From contig NW_003314287.1 of the NCBI RefSeq assembly GCF_000143415.4, positions 766,203 to 830,202 on the forward strand: a DNA stretch of 64,000 nucleotides. Reading direction: 5' to 3'. The position numbers were made by a program, and so were the translations under genes. The DNA comes from Selaginella moellendorffii (Eukaryota; Plantae; Lycopodiophyta). The notes under the pieces were generated by a model. It worked only from the letters and a program-made list of their open reading frames with translations. It was not told where the DNA came from and ran no database searches. Positions 34,345-48,400 of this stretch are shown here, in pieces. Each line of letters opens with the position of its first letter. The stretch's first letter is position 1.

Positions 34345-35604
34345 CTCATATGACTCCTAGTTTCTTGGAAGAATCTCTGTTCAAGTACTTCCATTATAGC
34401 AGCATTTAACAAGATGTTATTGACACCAAGTCCTCCACCTAAAAAATGGAGGACACCAATTTAGAAAATACTGACAGTGTTGATACGTGTGGCCAACCTC
34501 ATCACACACTCAATAGTGAACATCATAACCATGATCATGTCCTCATCCTTGTCTTTGAATATGAGTAACAACAACATTAACTTGTGATAGTTAGCATGTA
34601 TGAGTGTTTGTTGGTTTTGCCGCATTCATTCTATTCTGTTGATTGTTGCTATAGTTGGTTTCTATAGATTAGATATTATTTCCTTTGGGTGATATATTTG
34701 ATAAAATTAGATATTATTTCTTTTGGGTGATACATTTGTAAGTATATTGTTTGCCAATCAATGATACTTTGTGCTCTTTTAGTTGTCTTTTGTAAGTTGT
34801 TTCGCATGCTATCTAAATGCTTTGATAGTTATATATTATTATTGAGTTTTCTTAGTGATACACTTGCTATTGAATTTTGTTGGATAGTAAATTCTAGATT
34901 TTCCAACTATGGTGATCTTAGTGGTTCTTGTACTTTAATACTTGTTTATCGAATAATAACTTACTTGGAATACTTTTGTGTTCTAAATTAAGCTTTATTC
35001 ACTAATAAATAAGTCTCTAATAAATCATTGTTTATGACTTTGATATTGTCCATCTATTAATCTTTGAGTTTAGGCCAGTATAGGTAGACTGACTTTGGCA
35101 CTTTGTGTGCATGGTGAAATCTCTAATCATGGGGTAGCTACTATCAACTAATCACATCACCCACCTCTCTGTCGATGTTCCTTATTCCGTTAAAAGGGCG
35201 TGACCATGTAAACAACTCTAACTACCTATTTATAGTAGTTTATCTAAATCTTATCAACAGGTTTAGTTTCTTTACTCAAGAGGGTTAGGGCCTCTGACTT
35301 CTCTCTCTATATCCCTGCAGGTAGGGGCATATCACACTTTTATAAGCTGGGTGACATCCAAAGCAGCAAGGGTGGCTAACTCCGTTAGTCATTTCCTTGT
35401 CAACAATAGCTGAAAGGTGTCTGAGCTAATAGTGCATCCGCGTTATACAAAGAGGTTACCTCCTAACTCATTTAAGTTGGTGTATTTTGCACATAGTGTG
35501 ATCACTATGAACTTTTTCTAGAGTTGTTTCCTTGTCGGTGGTCTAAACTCAAGTATCCATCGATGAGGATGTCAATCTTCCCTAAGGGGAGAGAGTGTCA
35601 CAGT

Positions 35605-38252
35605 CATGGTTGGTCCCGACTGTTCCGAACGCCGACCGGCCGACCACCCGACCATGGTTATCGACTGGCTGTGAAAATGCCGAACGACCGAACGGTTCAC
35701 AAAATTTTTTTGAAAAAAAAAAACAGTTTTAGTAAAACCACATTAATAAAAGTAGGAAAACCAAAGTATTAAACCAAACCAAACCAAACCAAACCAAAGC
35801 ATTAGACCAAACCAAACCAACTACTACTCATCTTCTTTAACATCTTCGGCAAGTCCCTCGACATCTCCGGCATCTTCCTCAACAATCATATCTTCATTTG
35901 GAAGATCTTCATCGGCTAAATCTTCTATACCAAGAGATTCAAGCCTAGCTTGCATCTCTACAATCCTCATCCATTGTGGTTCGATTGCAATTGTGTCGAA
36001 ATTGATCTCTAGGAACTTCATTCCTTCACTTTTAATATGATCCACCACTCTGGTGTTACTGTGTACATAAACCAACTTCTTCAAGTTCTCTAGAAGCAAG
36101 TGATTGCGTCGTTTGGTTTGGATCAAGTTCCAACTACTCCAATTTTGCTCACATGGAGAAGAGCACACTCCTTGGCTCAACATACGAAGTGCTAACTTCC
36201 TGAGCTCATGCATCTCATATCCATAAGATTCCCACCAAGACACTGGGAATTTCCTTTTTGCTTTGCTCTTCGGCAAATCCCGATTGATAGCTCTTCCAAT
36301 TCCTCATCGAAACATATTGAATTGCTCATCTAACTTCTCTTCTAGCTGAGTGTCCCCACAGCAATAGAGTGATAAATAATCCATCCAATCAATACTTACC
36401 TCAGCATCCAAGTCTTGCGCAAGGTATGAAGGATTCAAAGCATGTGCAGCGCTGTGCATAGAGCTATGCATCATAAACCATCGAGCTCTCCGTCTATGTT
36501 GGTCTTCAACCAAGACACACTTAATTGCATCAATTTTATCCACATCAAGCTTGCCATCTTGAGCTGCAAGCTCCAATCCTTCAATCATACGATACATTGC
36601 TTCATAAATTAATCCTGTTGTTGCGCCCTCACGATCGGCAAGACTTAACACCTTCAAAATAGGAGCTACCATAACCAATCAAGTAGAAGCATTCTTTCAA
36701 AATTCATCATTGAAAATTGTTGTACGAACATCTTTGGCATCCTTTGTGTTATACCACTTCGACAATTCAAATTCTGCACTCACTATGAATTGTTGAAGGC
36801 TGGAGCTGGCTGACCATAAGAAAGATGTAAACGAATCGAGTCTTCACAGGCTTCATGAGTTCTCTAGAGCAGAACTTTCGAAATAAAGCAAGTAACATCG
36901 GCTTCTCAGTTATGAACTTCACGATCTTCTCACAGTCATTTACGATCTTAGACACCCAATCAAACTTCCCAATATCCTCCAATAACAAGTCCAAAACATG
37001 GCACACGCATCGATTGTGTAAGATAAAGGGGAATTCTTCTCTCATATGTTCCCCCATCGATACACAATTCGAAGCATTATCAATGATGACTTGAACAACA
37101 TTTTCAACACTAACATCCAAAATGATGGGTCTAAGTTGCTCCCAAAGCCAAAGACCAGTCTTCTCTTCTCCTTTGGTGTCAACACCCTGCCAAAATACTA
37201 AGCCATGGATAGAGGTAACTATGAAATTTATGAATGATCTACTCTTTATATCAGACCATCCATCAATCACTATTGTACATCCAAACCGAGCCCATCCATC
37301 ATGAAAGAGAGTTAACTTCTCCTTGATTAAAGTATAGTGACGAGTGAGTTGAATAGTACGAGGCTTCTTGTAACCAAGAATCCTCGATGCAACACTAGGT
37401 CCAGCACTATAAGCAGCTGCAATCATCGCATGAAAATATGGGCTTTTCACAACATTAAATGGTATAGCATTCAAGAAAATGAACTTTGATATCGCATCAT
37501 CTAAGTTCATGTTTCTTTCATCATCAAGCATTTCCTCAATATTGCCATCTTGCATTCACTTTCGACCAGCAGATGATCCCTCATGACCTATAGAAGCACT
37601 CATAGGCTGAGATTGACTAGCACTTTATGTACTAGCTCCAGAAGCAGATGCCCCATCAAAATGCCTACTCTGTAGATTTGCTGCAGAAGGTAAAGACAAA
37701 GGGGCATTTGCGATTTGCTCCACAAACATTTAGTGAGCTTGGTTCTGAACATGAAGAGGAACGTTTGAAGCACTACATGCTTTAATATCATGCCCAGAAA
37801 CTTTAGCAAGATGCGCCTTGATGCATTTCGGCGGACCACCATACATTTTACCACAATAATTACATTTCCAAGGCTTAGCTCCTTTGCCGGAAGCATAAGG
37901 AGTGAGCTTGGTAACATGGGACCATGCCCAATCGGGCACCATCGCTCAATTGTGCCAGAATCACTATGAATCTCTACAATCAAATCTCTGGAATCACTGA
38001 ATTTCCATTTTAGGGCAAAAACTTCAAGTGTTGTGGACTGGGTGATTTGATTTGCGAGGCTTCAGCACTGCTCCACGCTCAATCGAAAGCAGAGGCAGGT
38101 ATGCCCGCAGCTCATGCCCTCCTCGCCGCAGCAACATCAGAAATCTAGCGCGATCACCATTTTTTTTGCCGAATGGAATCACTGAACAGACTTGTCCGAC
38201 CGCGTTCGGCGGTGGTCAGGACTTCGGCCGAACGCGGTCGGGACCAACCATG
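35605..38252 (-). mobile_element. hAT-superfamily DNA transposon
   Basis: 16 bp perfect TIRs CATGGTTGGTCCCGAC and 8 bp TSD GTCACAGT (35597-35604, 38253-38260). Confidence 0.95.
35824..37942 (-). pseudogene. hAT transposase (BED finger, DUF659-like core, hATC dimerisation domain), broken by stops/frameshifts
   Basis: WKCNYCGK...IKAHL; GCTIVIDGWSDIK; QVIIDNASN; CVCHVLDLLLEDIG; PVSWWESYG...LSQGVCSSPCEQNWS. Confidence 0.92.
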
Positions 38253-38413
38253 GTCACAGTATCAAAAGTTACTTGTTGACTAGTCCTTTCAGATATTCTT
38301 TTTTTACTGCCATGACAGTAGGAGGTTGGTATTGCTAGTTCCTTTTATCAACCCTCTTATCCAATTGTTAGTTTACTAGGCTTAGCACTTGTACTTAGCT
38401 AAATGGATATAAG

Positions 38414-41400
38414 TGTAATGCACTTGAATTTAGAGCTAAACTCAAAGCCCGTTGTGCTACGAAACGAGGGTCTGGTACAATCCCACGAGCACCAGCTCCC
38501 CGTATCTAGCACCTGCATGCAAAATGGTGTCAAACAGTGTTTGGCACAATTTTGGCATACCGGTGGCCTAACACGAAGAAGAGGGTACCCCACCAACTAA
38601 AGTAGTGTGGAGCTTGGGTTAGACCCAAATCAGATGCAGAACAAGAAGTGACACAGCCCAGCAAGAGCCAAACTAATGTCTTAAGTGGTTGGATATGCAT
38701 TCTAACCACTATCCCTACTATACATTTGGAATCCCCCACATCCCCCCTTCCCCCCCCCCCCTAAGGAACACACACTTTGGGCTTTCACCCCAAGCCTCCC
38801 TTAGTACCAGGAGTTAATCTTTGAGATAATCTCAAAACTTACTAAATATAGAATGTCTCTAGATTGTGAATTTGGACATGGGATGAACACCATTATGTTC
38901 AAGACAATCTCTACACTCCATAGATATACCAAATAAGCAAACCTAGACATTTTCTATAAATAGCACTTAAGCCCGAAATGAGATTAACCCAAACGGCATG
39001 ATAGCGAGGGTGTTTAGCAGACATGGTAAGCTATCATTTAAAAAATATTGAGGGACTAGTCTCAACATTGCAGGGGTTCCCAACACTAGCAAACGTAAGC
39101 CAACAACATAAGTTTTTCATCAACATGTCAAGTATGCTTGACTTAATGACAACTTAGGATTTCCTTCCTTAGTGCCCTTTCGGTCTAAGTGCACATATGC
39201 TGACTAGTTTCTCAACTACCTTGGGTGGAGACCATAAACGAAACTAGTAGTACCGACCTTCTATTGTCGTGGCAGTAAGGAAAGAGTGTTTATAAAGATT
39301 GGCTGACAAGTATCTTTTGATATCTGAAGTCACATTTGCGACACTCTCCCCCCTTTGGGGAAGATCGACGTCCTCGTTGATACATACCCGAGTCTAGCAA
39401 ATTGTCAAGGAAATAAATCTGAAAGTTAATGGAAAGCACATTATATGGGAAACACACCGACTTAAATGAGTTATGGAACGACCTCTCCTCTACGTCCAAA
39501 GACGTTAAAACTCAGACACCCTCTGGTTACTAACGGAGTTAGCCACCCTTGCTACTCCGAGTACCACTCAGCTTACAAAGGAATGATACACCCCTGCCTG
39601 CAAGGACATAGGGAGAAGGCCAGAGGCTCAACTTCCCCTAAGCAAGAAATCAACCCCATCGAGAAGACTTAGACAACTATTATAAACTGGCAGAGTAAGT
39701 ATTCCTAAGAGGTTCTTAAGTTGATTCACAAGATGGGTAACCTTTCCAATTAACTAAATATTCTTTGGTTTGACCACCACGTGCCTTATGAGACAAAAGA
39801 ATAGCCTCAACCTCATACTCTGGTTCACCATCAATAGCATCTAGAGCTGGACAAATATCCCTTGAGTGGCCAGAATCCTCACAATATGGGGCTAGTAAAC
39901 TGACATGAAACACAACATGAAATTTAGACATCTTGTGTGGAATATCCAACTGATAGAATATATCACCAAGTCATTTCAACACCCGATAGAGTCCAACATA
40001 TCTTAGTAACAACTTCTGAGACAAAGATCCCTTAATGTTCAAGTTCCAGAAAGATAGCCACACCTGATCTCCCACTTGATAGAATACATCCCGATGATGC
40101 TAATCTTTATCACGTCGATACCTATCCTAAGCTTTGCCCATCACCTCAGTAGCTCTAGACTAACCTTAGCATAGCTGCTCTGCATAAGTCTCAACGGCCA
40201 AGACAAACACTTTGGACATTGGTTTTGATACAAAAATCTATTGAGGAAACCCATGAGCATTCCCTTGCAGCATCTCCCAAGGAGAATAGCCAATATTACT
40301 TCCAAATGTGTTGTTATAACAAATTTCTGTTGTGTCCAAATGCTCAACCTAGTCGCGTTGGTCCACCGTGACATAGTACTAAAAATATTCCTTTACTTGA
40401 GCATTCACACATTCGGTTTGCCCATCGGTTTAAGGATGATAAGTTGTACTAAACTTCAACTTGGTACTGAACAATTGGAATAGTGTGCCCAAAACCTCCC
40501 TCTAAATCTTGAATCTCTATCGGAGATCATCAGTTCAAGAAGACCACGAACCCGCACTACTTCATGGAAAAAGAGCTTTGCTACTTATTTCATATTCACC
40601 GTTTCCACAATTGGAATGAAGTGTGCAATCTTTGACAATCGATTCACAACCACCATCAAAGTATTATAACTATTAGGCTTCAGCAAGCAAGTGATGAAAT
40701 CAAGTGTCACACTTTGAAACAGCCATATTGGTGTAGGAATGCACTACAACTTTCTATTCTGCTTCTCAGTTCTGCGCTTACATTGCTGGCATATAGGGTA
40801 GGAATGAATATAGTTTGCAACATCAACTTCCATTTTAGACTAGAAAAATCCTATTTTCAATGAAGCAAGAGTCTTGTCCTACTATTAGAACATTATGATA
40901 TTCCCGTAGAAACAACAACTGTAGATCCTTAGAGGGAAGATACAATCTTTCTTGCTTATAGAATATAAGCCTATCCCGATTTGAGAAGTAAAGCTTTGCA
41001 TTGGTGCGGCTAGCAACTTTTGCTACTTCACTACCGGGGTTCTGCTTTGACAACCCTACATAGTGCAAGATTGCCTTTGCCAATAGATCACTTCTATATG
41101 AAGCCTAAACATCCTCCAACCAGTCAAAACTAATTGCTGATAATGCCCGGAATTGAGAATGACAACTCAATGCATCCAAAACAATATTATCTTTACCACG
41201 TTTATATATGATTTCAATATCATATCTAGTGAGCTTCTCTTGCCAACAAACTTGCTTTAGCATAAGCTTAGGCTGCATAACAAAGTAACTTAGTGTGTTA
41301 CTATCTGTATAAACCTTGGTATGTCCACCCAAATAGTGTCTCCAGTGTTCCAATGTTAACACTATAGCAAACGCACTTTCTTGTGCGTTGACCATCTTCA

Positions 41401-44400
41401 TTGTGTTTCATCCAATTTCTTAGAATAGAATGCAATGGGACAACCATGTTGCCTTAGCGTTACACCAACCGTTTTATCACAATCTTGCTATAATATAGCA
41501 CCAATAGCATAGCCAAATGCATCACAATGCACTTCAAAGGGTTTATCAACATCTGGAATCCTAAGAATAAAAACCATAATCAAGATCTCTTTCAACCGTA
41601 CAAAAGCACACTGACAAGCTAGTGTCTAATGAAATGGTATACTACTCTTCATTAACTTAGTCAACAGAAGAGCAATTCTTGCAAAATTGTGGACAAACTT
41701 GTGATAGTATCCCGCCAAATCGAGAAAGGAACGAACATCTGATACAGTGGTCGAAACTTCCCAGAACTTCACCGCTTCCACCTTTTTTGGATCCACCTCA
41801 ATTATGCCACCACCAACTATATGTCCAAGAAAGTTCATGTGCAATTGTCCAAAAGCACATTTACTTTCCTTAGAATATAGTTTGTGTTCACGCAATTTCT
41901 AAAACACCAACTCCAAGTGTTTCAAATGATCCTCCAACGTTTCATTGAAGACTAGAACATTGTCGATCTATAGGACAACAAATGTGTCTAAATAATCTCC
42001 AAATATTCTATCCATCATAGTGCTGAACATTGCCGGAGCATTGCATAACCCAAGTGGCATGACAAGGAACTCATAAGATCTGTACCAAGTCTTAAAGACT
42101 GTCTTCTCCACATCCTGATCTGCTACCCATATCTGATGATACCCAAACCACAAATCAAGCTGCATAAAATACTTAGCCTTTAAGAGTTGGTCAAACAAGT
42201 CATCTATGTGAGGCAAAGGATAATTATTTTTTACCGTGATTTTGTTAAGTGTCCAATAGTCAATACACATCTTTGTGGTTCCATCCTTTTTCATAACAAA
42301 AAAAACTAGTGCTTCATAAGGTGACTTGCTTTGTTAGATATGACCTTTGTCAAAAAACTCTGTGAGTTCCTTCTTAAATTCAACCATCTCCTTGACATTC
42401 AAACAATATAGAGCTTTTGTAGGTGGTGTAAAACCCAGAATGACCTCAATTCGATAATTAACCTCACGGCTAGGAGGTAGCCCTAGTGGCAAATCCTCGG
42501 AAAGATATCTTGATTTTTCACCAACAACTCCAATATCTTCTTTGGTATAGGATTAATCCCATCACTAATTTGAACTAAGTCACTAACACCCTCAACTTCC
42601 ATCACTTGAACCCAAAAGGTTTGACATTCCTTCTTAGCTGCTTTTTGAGTGGCTCTCGCAGTAAGGAACTTTGCATCTCAATCCTTTGAGGAGCACTTTT
42701 GCAACTAGAAGGACACATCAGGACGTCCTTCTGATTTCAACGTGATGCAACTTTGTTCAGCACTATAAATCCTTTTAATATATTTGTTAAAAAAATCCAT
42801 ACTAAACACCAACTGAAAATTTGGTATCTTCAACACTACCAAGTCCACTCTTTCTTTCTACTTGGATATTTTTATTGGAACATCACTCACAAATTTTCTA
42901 GCTACTTGCCCATCTTCCACAAACTAGAAGTATATGGGTGCTATTTGCTCAACATTCAATCCTAATAAGTTAACTAAGTCTTTGGATATCACGCTATGTG
43001 TAACTCCTGTGTCAACCATCACTCAGATTCGGTGTCTACGGACAAATCCTACCAGATACATCAACGAATCAATGTTTGCATTGACTACGAGAAAAGCTCA
43101 AGGAAAGCAACGACAGTAACTCACCTCCTCTTCCTCATAATCTGCATTGACCAACTCGTCAACCCCTTCAACTTCACCACCACCGTCTTCCCTCATGACA
43201 TTAACATAACACCTTGTCTTGTGCTTGTTGGGACATTTCGAGGACTTATGTCCTAACTCTCCACAATAGAAGCAATAACCCACACTACCTGTTCCACTAG
43301 GAGCAGGTTTCGTAGGTTGCTACTGCTTGTACGCACTAGAAGGAGGAACAAAGGGCCTTGGACCAAAAGAAACTATTGGTGGTCTTCAACCACCACCACC
43401 TTTGTTAACTGTTGTTTGCAAGCCTCCAAGGCGGAACCTTCTTTCCACCCTTTGTTTCTGATCACCTTGTTAATTCCTACAATTCTTATTATTGTCTGAG
43501 GTACTAGCATATGGCTGCTGATATTGTTCCATGAGTGAGTGACTAAAGGCAACTTGCTGCACTGCCTCCTTACATTCCAGGTATGTCTTCGACTTAAACT
43601 TCAAAATCTCATTTCAAGAAAGTGAACTTAAACCCTCCAGGAAATAACTCTGAGCATCTTCGTCACTCATATTTGCAAACATAATGTGCTTCTGAGCAAA
43701 TACATTAACATAATGCATAAGGTCCCCTCGCTTTAACTGCCACAGCTCCATGCGAAGTCTCAGACCAAGATCATCCAGCAAGTATTCCTTACAGATACGA
43801 GATCACATCTTAGTCCAACTTCTAGTCTGCCCTTTTTCAGCACACACCTGGTGCCACCAAGTTTTGGCATAATCGGTGAGAAAGGATTGCATACACGCAA
43901 CTTTTGTACAATCATCTACGTATGCCACTATGAAATAATTTTCCATATCGTGGACCCAGTCTTCCAAAACCTGATAGTCTTGCATGCCTTTGAAATTGGG
44001 TGGTTTCAGAGGTTTGAATTTTGAAACTCATGCAACCAAGGGCGGTTGCAAAACTTCATTGTTCTCAGAAGCTGAAGAGGAGTCAAGTTGCTTAGGTTTA
44101 GTTGGTTTAGCTGCCTCAGCTTCTTTCTTCCACTTCCTGTTCTCCTTCTTCAATTTGCGAACTTCCCTTTGCAAATTCTTGATCTCAACTTCCTGAGCCG
44201 TACGCTACAGCATCTAGCTCTTCCTCTTCTAACTCAGCCTTTACCTCTTCTGCAACATATCTAGCCGGAGTTTCCTCCTCTCGATTTGCTCGTCTAGAGG
44301 TTTCAGCATCATCAACACGGTTCCTTTTCACCATCCCACTATCTACATGCATGCTTCTATCAATAACTGAATATGCATACAACGTTCTTACCGAATGGTG

Positions 44401-45445
44401 CAATCTCACTAATCCTACATAGGTCACTTCGGATCTACTACAAAAGTCTCTGCATATGCAACTTGAGTCAGAAAATCTGACAAAAGTTGGATAGGAATCA
44501 CTAAGACAATTCTTCTAATACCAAATGTAGCACATCTAAATTTGGAGCTAAACTCCAAGCCCATTGCGCTACAAAATGAGGGTCTGGTACAATCCTATGA
44601 GCACCAGCTCCCCGTATCTAGCACTTGCATGCAAAATGGTGTCAGATGGTGTTTGGCACAATTTTGGCATACCGGTGGCCTAACGCGAGGAGAAGAGTAC
44701 CCCACTGACTAGAGTAGTGTGGAGCTTGAGCTTAGACCCAAGCCAAATGCAAAACAAGAAGCAACACAGCTTAGCGGGAGCCAAACTAATGTCTCAAGTG
44801 GTCGAATATGCATTCTAACCACTATCTCTACTATACATTTGGAACCCCCTATAGCCCCCCCCCCAAGGAACACACGCTTTGGGCTTTTACCCTAAGCCTC
44901 CCTTAGTATCAAGAGTTAGTCACTGGGACAAGCTCAAAACTTACTAAATATGGAATGTCTTTACATTGCGAATTTGGACACGGGACGAATACCATTATGT
45001 TCAAGACAATCTCTACACTCCATAAATATGCGAAATAAGCAAATTTAGACACTTTCTATAAATAGCACTTGAGCCCGAAATGAGACTAACCCAAAGGGCA
45101 TGATAGCGAGGGTGTTTGGCAAACATAGTAAGCTATTATTTAGCGAATATTGAGGGACTAGTCTCAACATTGCAGGGGTTCCCAACACTAGCAAGTGCAA
45201 ACTAACAACATGAATTTTTCGTCACCGTGTCAAGTATGCTTGACTTAATAACAACTTAGGATTTCCTTCCTTAATGCCCTTCCGATGTAAGTGCACATGT
45301 GCTGACCAATTTCTCAACTATCTTGGGTGGAAACCATAAAGGGAACTAGTAGTACCGACCTCTTGCCGTCGTGGTAGTAAGGAAAGAGTGTCCATAAGGA
45401 CTGGCCGACAAGTATCTTTTGATACTCAAAGTCACATTCGCAACA
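38414..45445 (-). mobile_element. Complete but decayed Ty3/Gypsy chromodomain retrotransposon (family A)
   Basis: LTRs 38414-39343 and 44526-45445 (TG..CA), PPT 39344-39356, PBS ~44511-44525, TSD ATAAG/ATAAA (one mismatch). Fragmented gag (CFYCGELGHKSSKC), RT, RNase H, integrase and chromodomain (EYEVEAIL...YLVNWKGY). Confidence 0.92.
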
Positions 45446-48400
45446 ATAAAGTAGGAACTCCTATGTGTTTCTAGCTGAGCATTCTTGGTCTGGCTCTTAG
45501 TTCTCTTTTGCTTTGTCTTACACTGGCTTGGCAAGAACCCTCAAGTATTAAGACTATTCCCTCAATATCACTGGATAATAACTTACTGTGTTTGCCAAAC
45601 ACCCTCTCTATCATGCCCTTTGTGTTAGTCTCATATGGAAAGTGTCTAGATTTTCTCATTTGGCATATCTACGGAATGTAGAGATTATTCTGAACATAAT
45701 GGTGTTTGTCCCGTGTCTAAATTTGCAATCTAAGAACATTCTATATTTAGTAAGTTTTAAACTTGTTCCAAAGACTAACTCTTAGTACTAAAGGAGGCTT
45801 AGGGTGAAACCCCAAAGCATGTGTTCTTCAAGGGGGTGGGGGGTGGGCAGGGGAGAGGAGGGGTTGTGGGGAGCTTCAAATATATAATAGGGGTAGTGAG
45901 TAGGTTAGGCATAGTTGATCAATTTAAGGTATAGTCTAGCTCCTGCCTGTGTGCTTGTTTTTGTTCTACGTCTGGCTTGGGTGTAATCCCAAACTCCACA
46001 CCATATTAGCTGATGGAATACCTATATCCTCGTGTTAGGCCACCGGTATGCTAAAATAGTGCCAAACTCTATTTGGCTCCATTTTGTGTGTTGGTCCTGG
46101 CATTGAGATGTTAGATGCTCTAGGATTGTTCTAAGTTGCTATGCACTTTTGTCTCTTCGCTCTTTAGGTTGTACACTCGAAAGTCGTTCCATGCTCCAAT
46201 GCTATTGCTCCTTAGCTCCATACTTAGGAGTTTGGCACCATTCCTTCATTTAGTGGCCCCAAGCCCTAAAACTTGGGTTTTGCACCACTATGGCATGTGG
46301 AATGTGGTATATAGAGGGTTAAGTTTTGCTTCATTATTATCCTATGGTAAATCACCTTAGGAAACCATATGTGCTACAACCATCAACTGAGTATAATTAT
46401 TTAGCTACAACCACATAGCATTGAGTAATTACAAATATAAATGAAAAGAAAAAAGAGAAAAAATGGAAAAAGCTAAAAGATATCTAAATAATGCAAAAAG
46501 CTAAATTTAAACCAAAATCACAAATCCAAACAGTCCTTAGTAACAATCAAAACTACTCCAGATTAACTCAAAAACCCTATTTTATATATAAAAGTGATTT
46601 TAAAAAAATTCAATGGCTACTAAAATCCCTACTAATATTATATATAGCTGTACGCTTGGACCTCAAAAATTTATTTACATATTACTTTTATTAAATTGTT
46701 ATGTAGGACATGAAATTCAAATTAAAAATTAAAAATCTAAATATTATTTCTTTGTATGTTATAAATCTTTAATCTAAATAAATTAAAAACATTCTTATCT
46801 CCTATTATGCAGTGCTAGAACTTAATGTATGAAGAACTGTTCAAAAGCCGAATCAAGACCCATTTCAAAGAACTATCTCATTATAATTACCACTTCCATC
46901 CTTATTCTGGCACCATTGGAGAAGGAGACTCTTCACTTTCAACCTTATTCTGGCAGCATTGGAGAAGGAGACTCTTCCACGTGGCGCTTATTGGTGCCAT
47001 GGCCTTCTGCTTCATTGTTGTTCTATCGACAGCCATATGTCTGAAGATAGATAACTTAAGCTTGCCAAAATTGCATAGAGATAAAAACAAAGTTCAAACT
47101 AAAATTAAAAACAAAAAAGAAAGAGAAAAGGAATTAAAGCAAACAAAAAGGTGGATAATTGTTTTCTTTCTCTCTAGCGGGGGGATCTCTATGGCCTGGC
47201 AACGAACGAAACATCTGTGGGCATATATCGCAGTGTACCTTCTGATGTGTATTGCCAATTTTGTTGGCATTGCAGGAGACTGGCCCGGACTTGACATTGA
47301 TCAAACCACCTCGGCCTTTAATTTTTTGTTTGCAAGTAGAAGGCTGGATTGGCATGTTTCCCAAACGCCAAGTCTCGGGGACGTGCCTCAACACAGTTCC
47401 TTCCTTTGATCACCAAGTGGAGGCCCATGGCAAGATTTTCCTCTAGACATTAATATTATAGTCTGGTGCTTGTTTTCTTTCACAAGGAAGCAATTTTGCA
47501 TATTTTGTATTTAATAATACTAAGTATTTTTCTTGTGGAGACAAATGCGGTCGTTTGTCACTGCCAGGGAGCGCTGGAAATATTCCGTCCCCAAAAGTTT
47601 CAGTCGTGGTCAGACGGAACAAGCAACCCAGAGGACGATTTCCAAGATTCCTTTGCGACCCGACAATATGCGCCTCTCGGGGATGATAGACACAATGCGA
47701 TTAGCTTGTTTCTTTTAATATGGTTTCGCGGAGAGAGTCAAGGTTGGAAGCAAAACATGGGAGGATCTCTATGGAATCTGCCAGACGATTGCAAATATTT
47801 TTAAAACTATTAACGGGGATCATCGATCGCTCTGCCTTTACGTTGACATTGTCTAAAAGTGTAATCGCACAAAATCCATGCACAGCGCGTGCACTACACT
47901 CCACACACATCGCTTAACAGGGCTCTGGATGGATGAGTTCGTTAATCTATAGCACCAACAACAGTTAAGAGAAGCTTCCCATATTATTCCTCCAGAGAAT
48001 CCAAAGCTCACTCATCATGTAACAGGATGCAAGAACTTTAGGGTTCTTCGCAGCCAGCCACACTTTTTGAAGGTAAGTTTGCCTGCCACCTTATGCACGA
48101 CTTGTGTAAAATCTATATTCCCGTCGATCGTGGAAGAGGTTCCCCACAGAAACAACTGCTGGTTTGCGTGGGATTCCTCTGAGAAAGCTATTGAAGAGGA
48201 ATATAAAGTGGGGCTGGCTGGCCATCACTGGAGTGGTGAGCATCATCAAACTCACTATAAGGTGTGAATTTCAATCAATCAGGCACATATATATTTATAT
48301 CTATCGCGCCAAAGAGAAAAGAGTCCTAGAGAATGCTGTCTATCATGAACAATCTCTCCACAAGAGGGAAAAGGAAAGCATGGCAGGCAAAACATCCTCC

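Larger units (their letters stand above)
35596..46378 (+). repeat. 3' LTR (family A) split by a hAT insertion and a complete Gypsy insertion
   Basis: Preceded by PPT AAGGGGAGAGAG (35584-35595). Pieces 35596-35604, 38253-38413 and 45446-46378 are collinear with LTR 10716-11782; ends ...GTGCTACA. Confidence 0.8.

Noticed and set aside
10711-46383. TSD for the outer family-A element
   Set aside because: The flanks CCAAG and ACCAT do not match, so a single intact insertion cannot be asserted.
46825-47409. 194 aa + strand ORF as a membrane protein
   Set aside because: It runs through an A-rich tract that looks like a - strand intron, and no family motif is recognisable.
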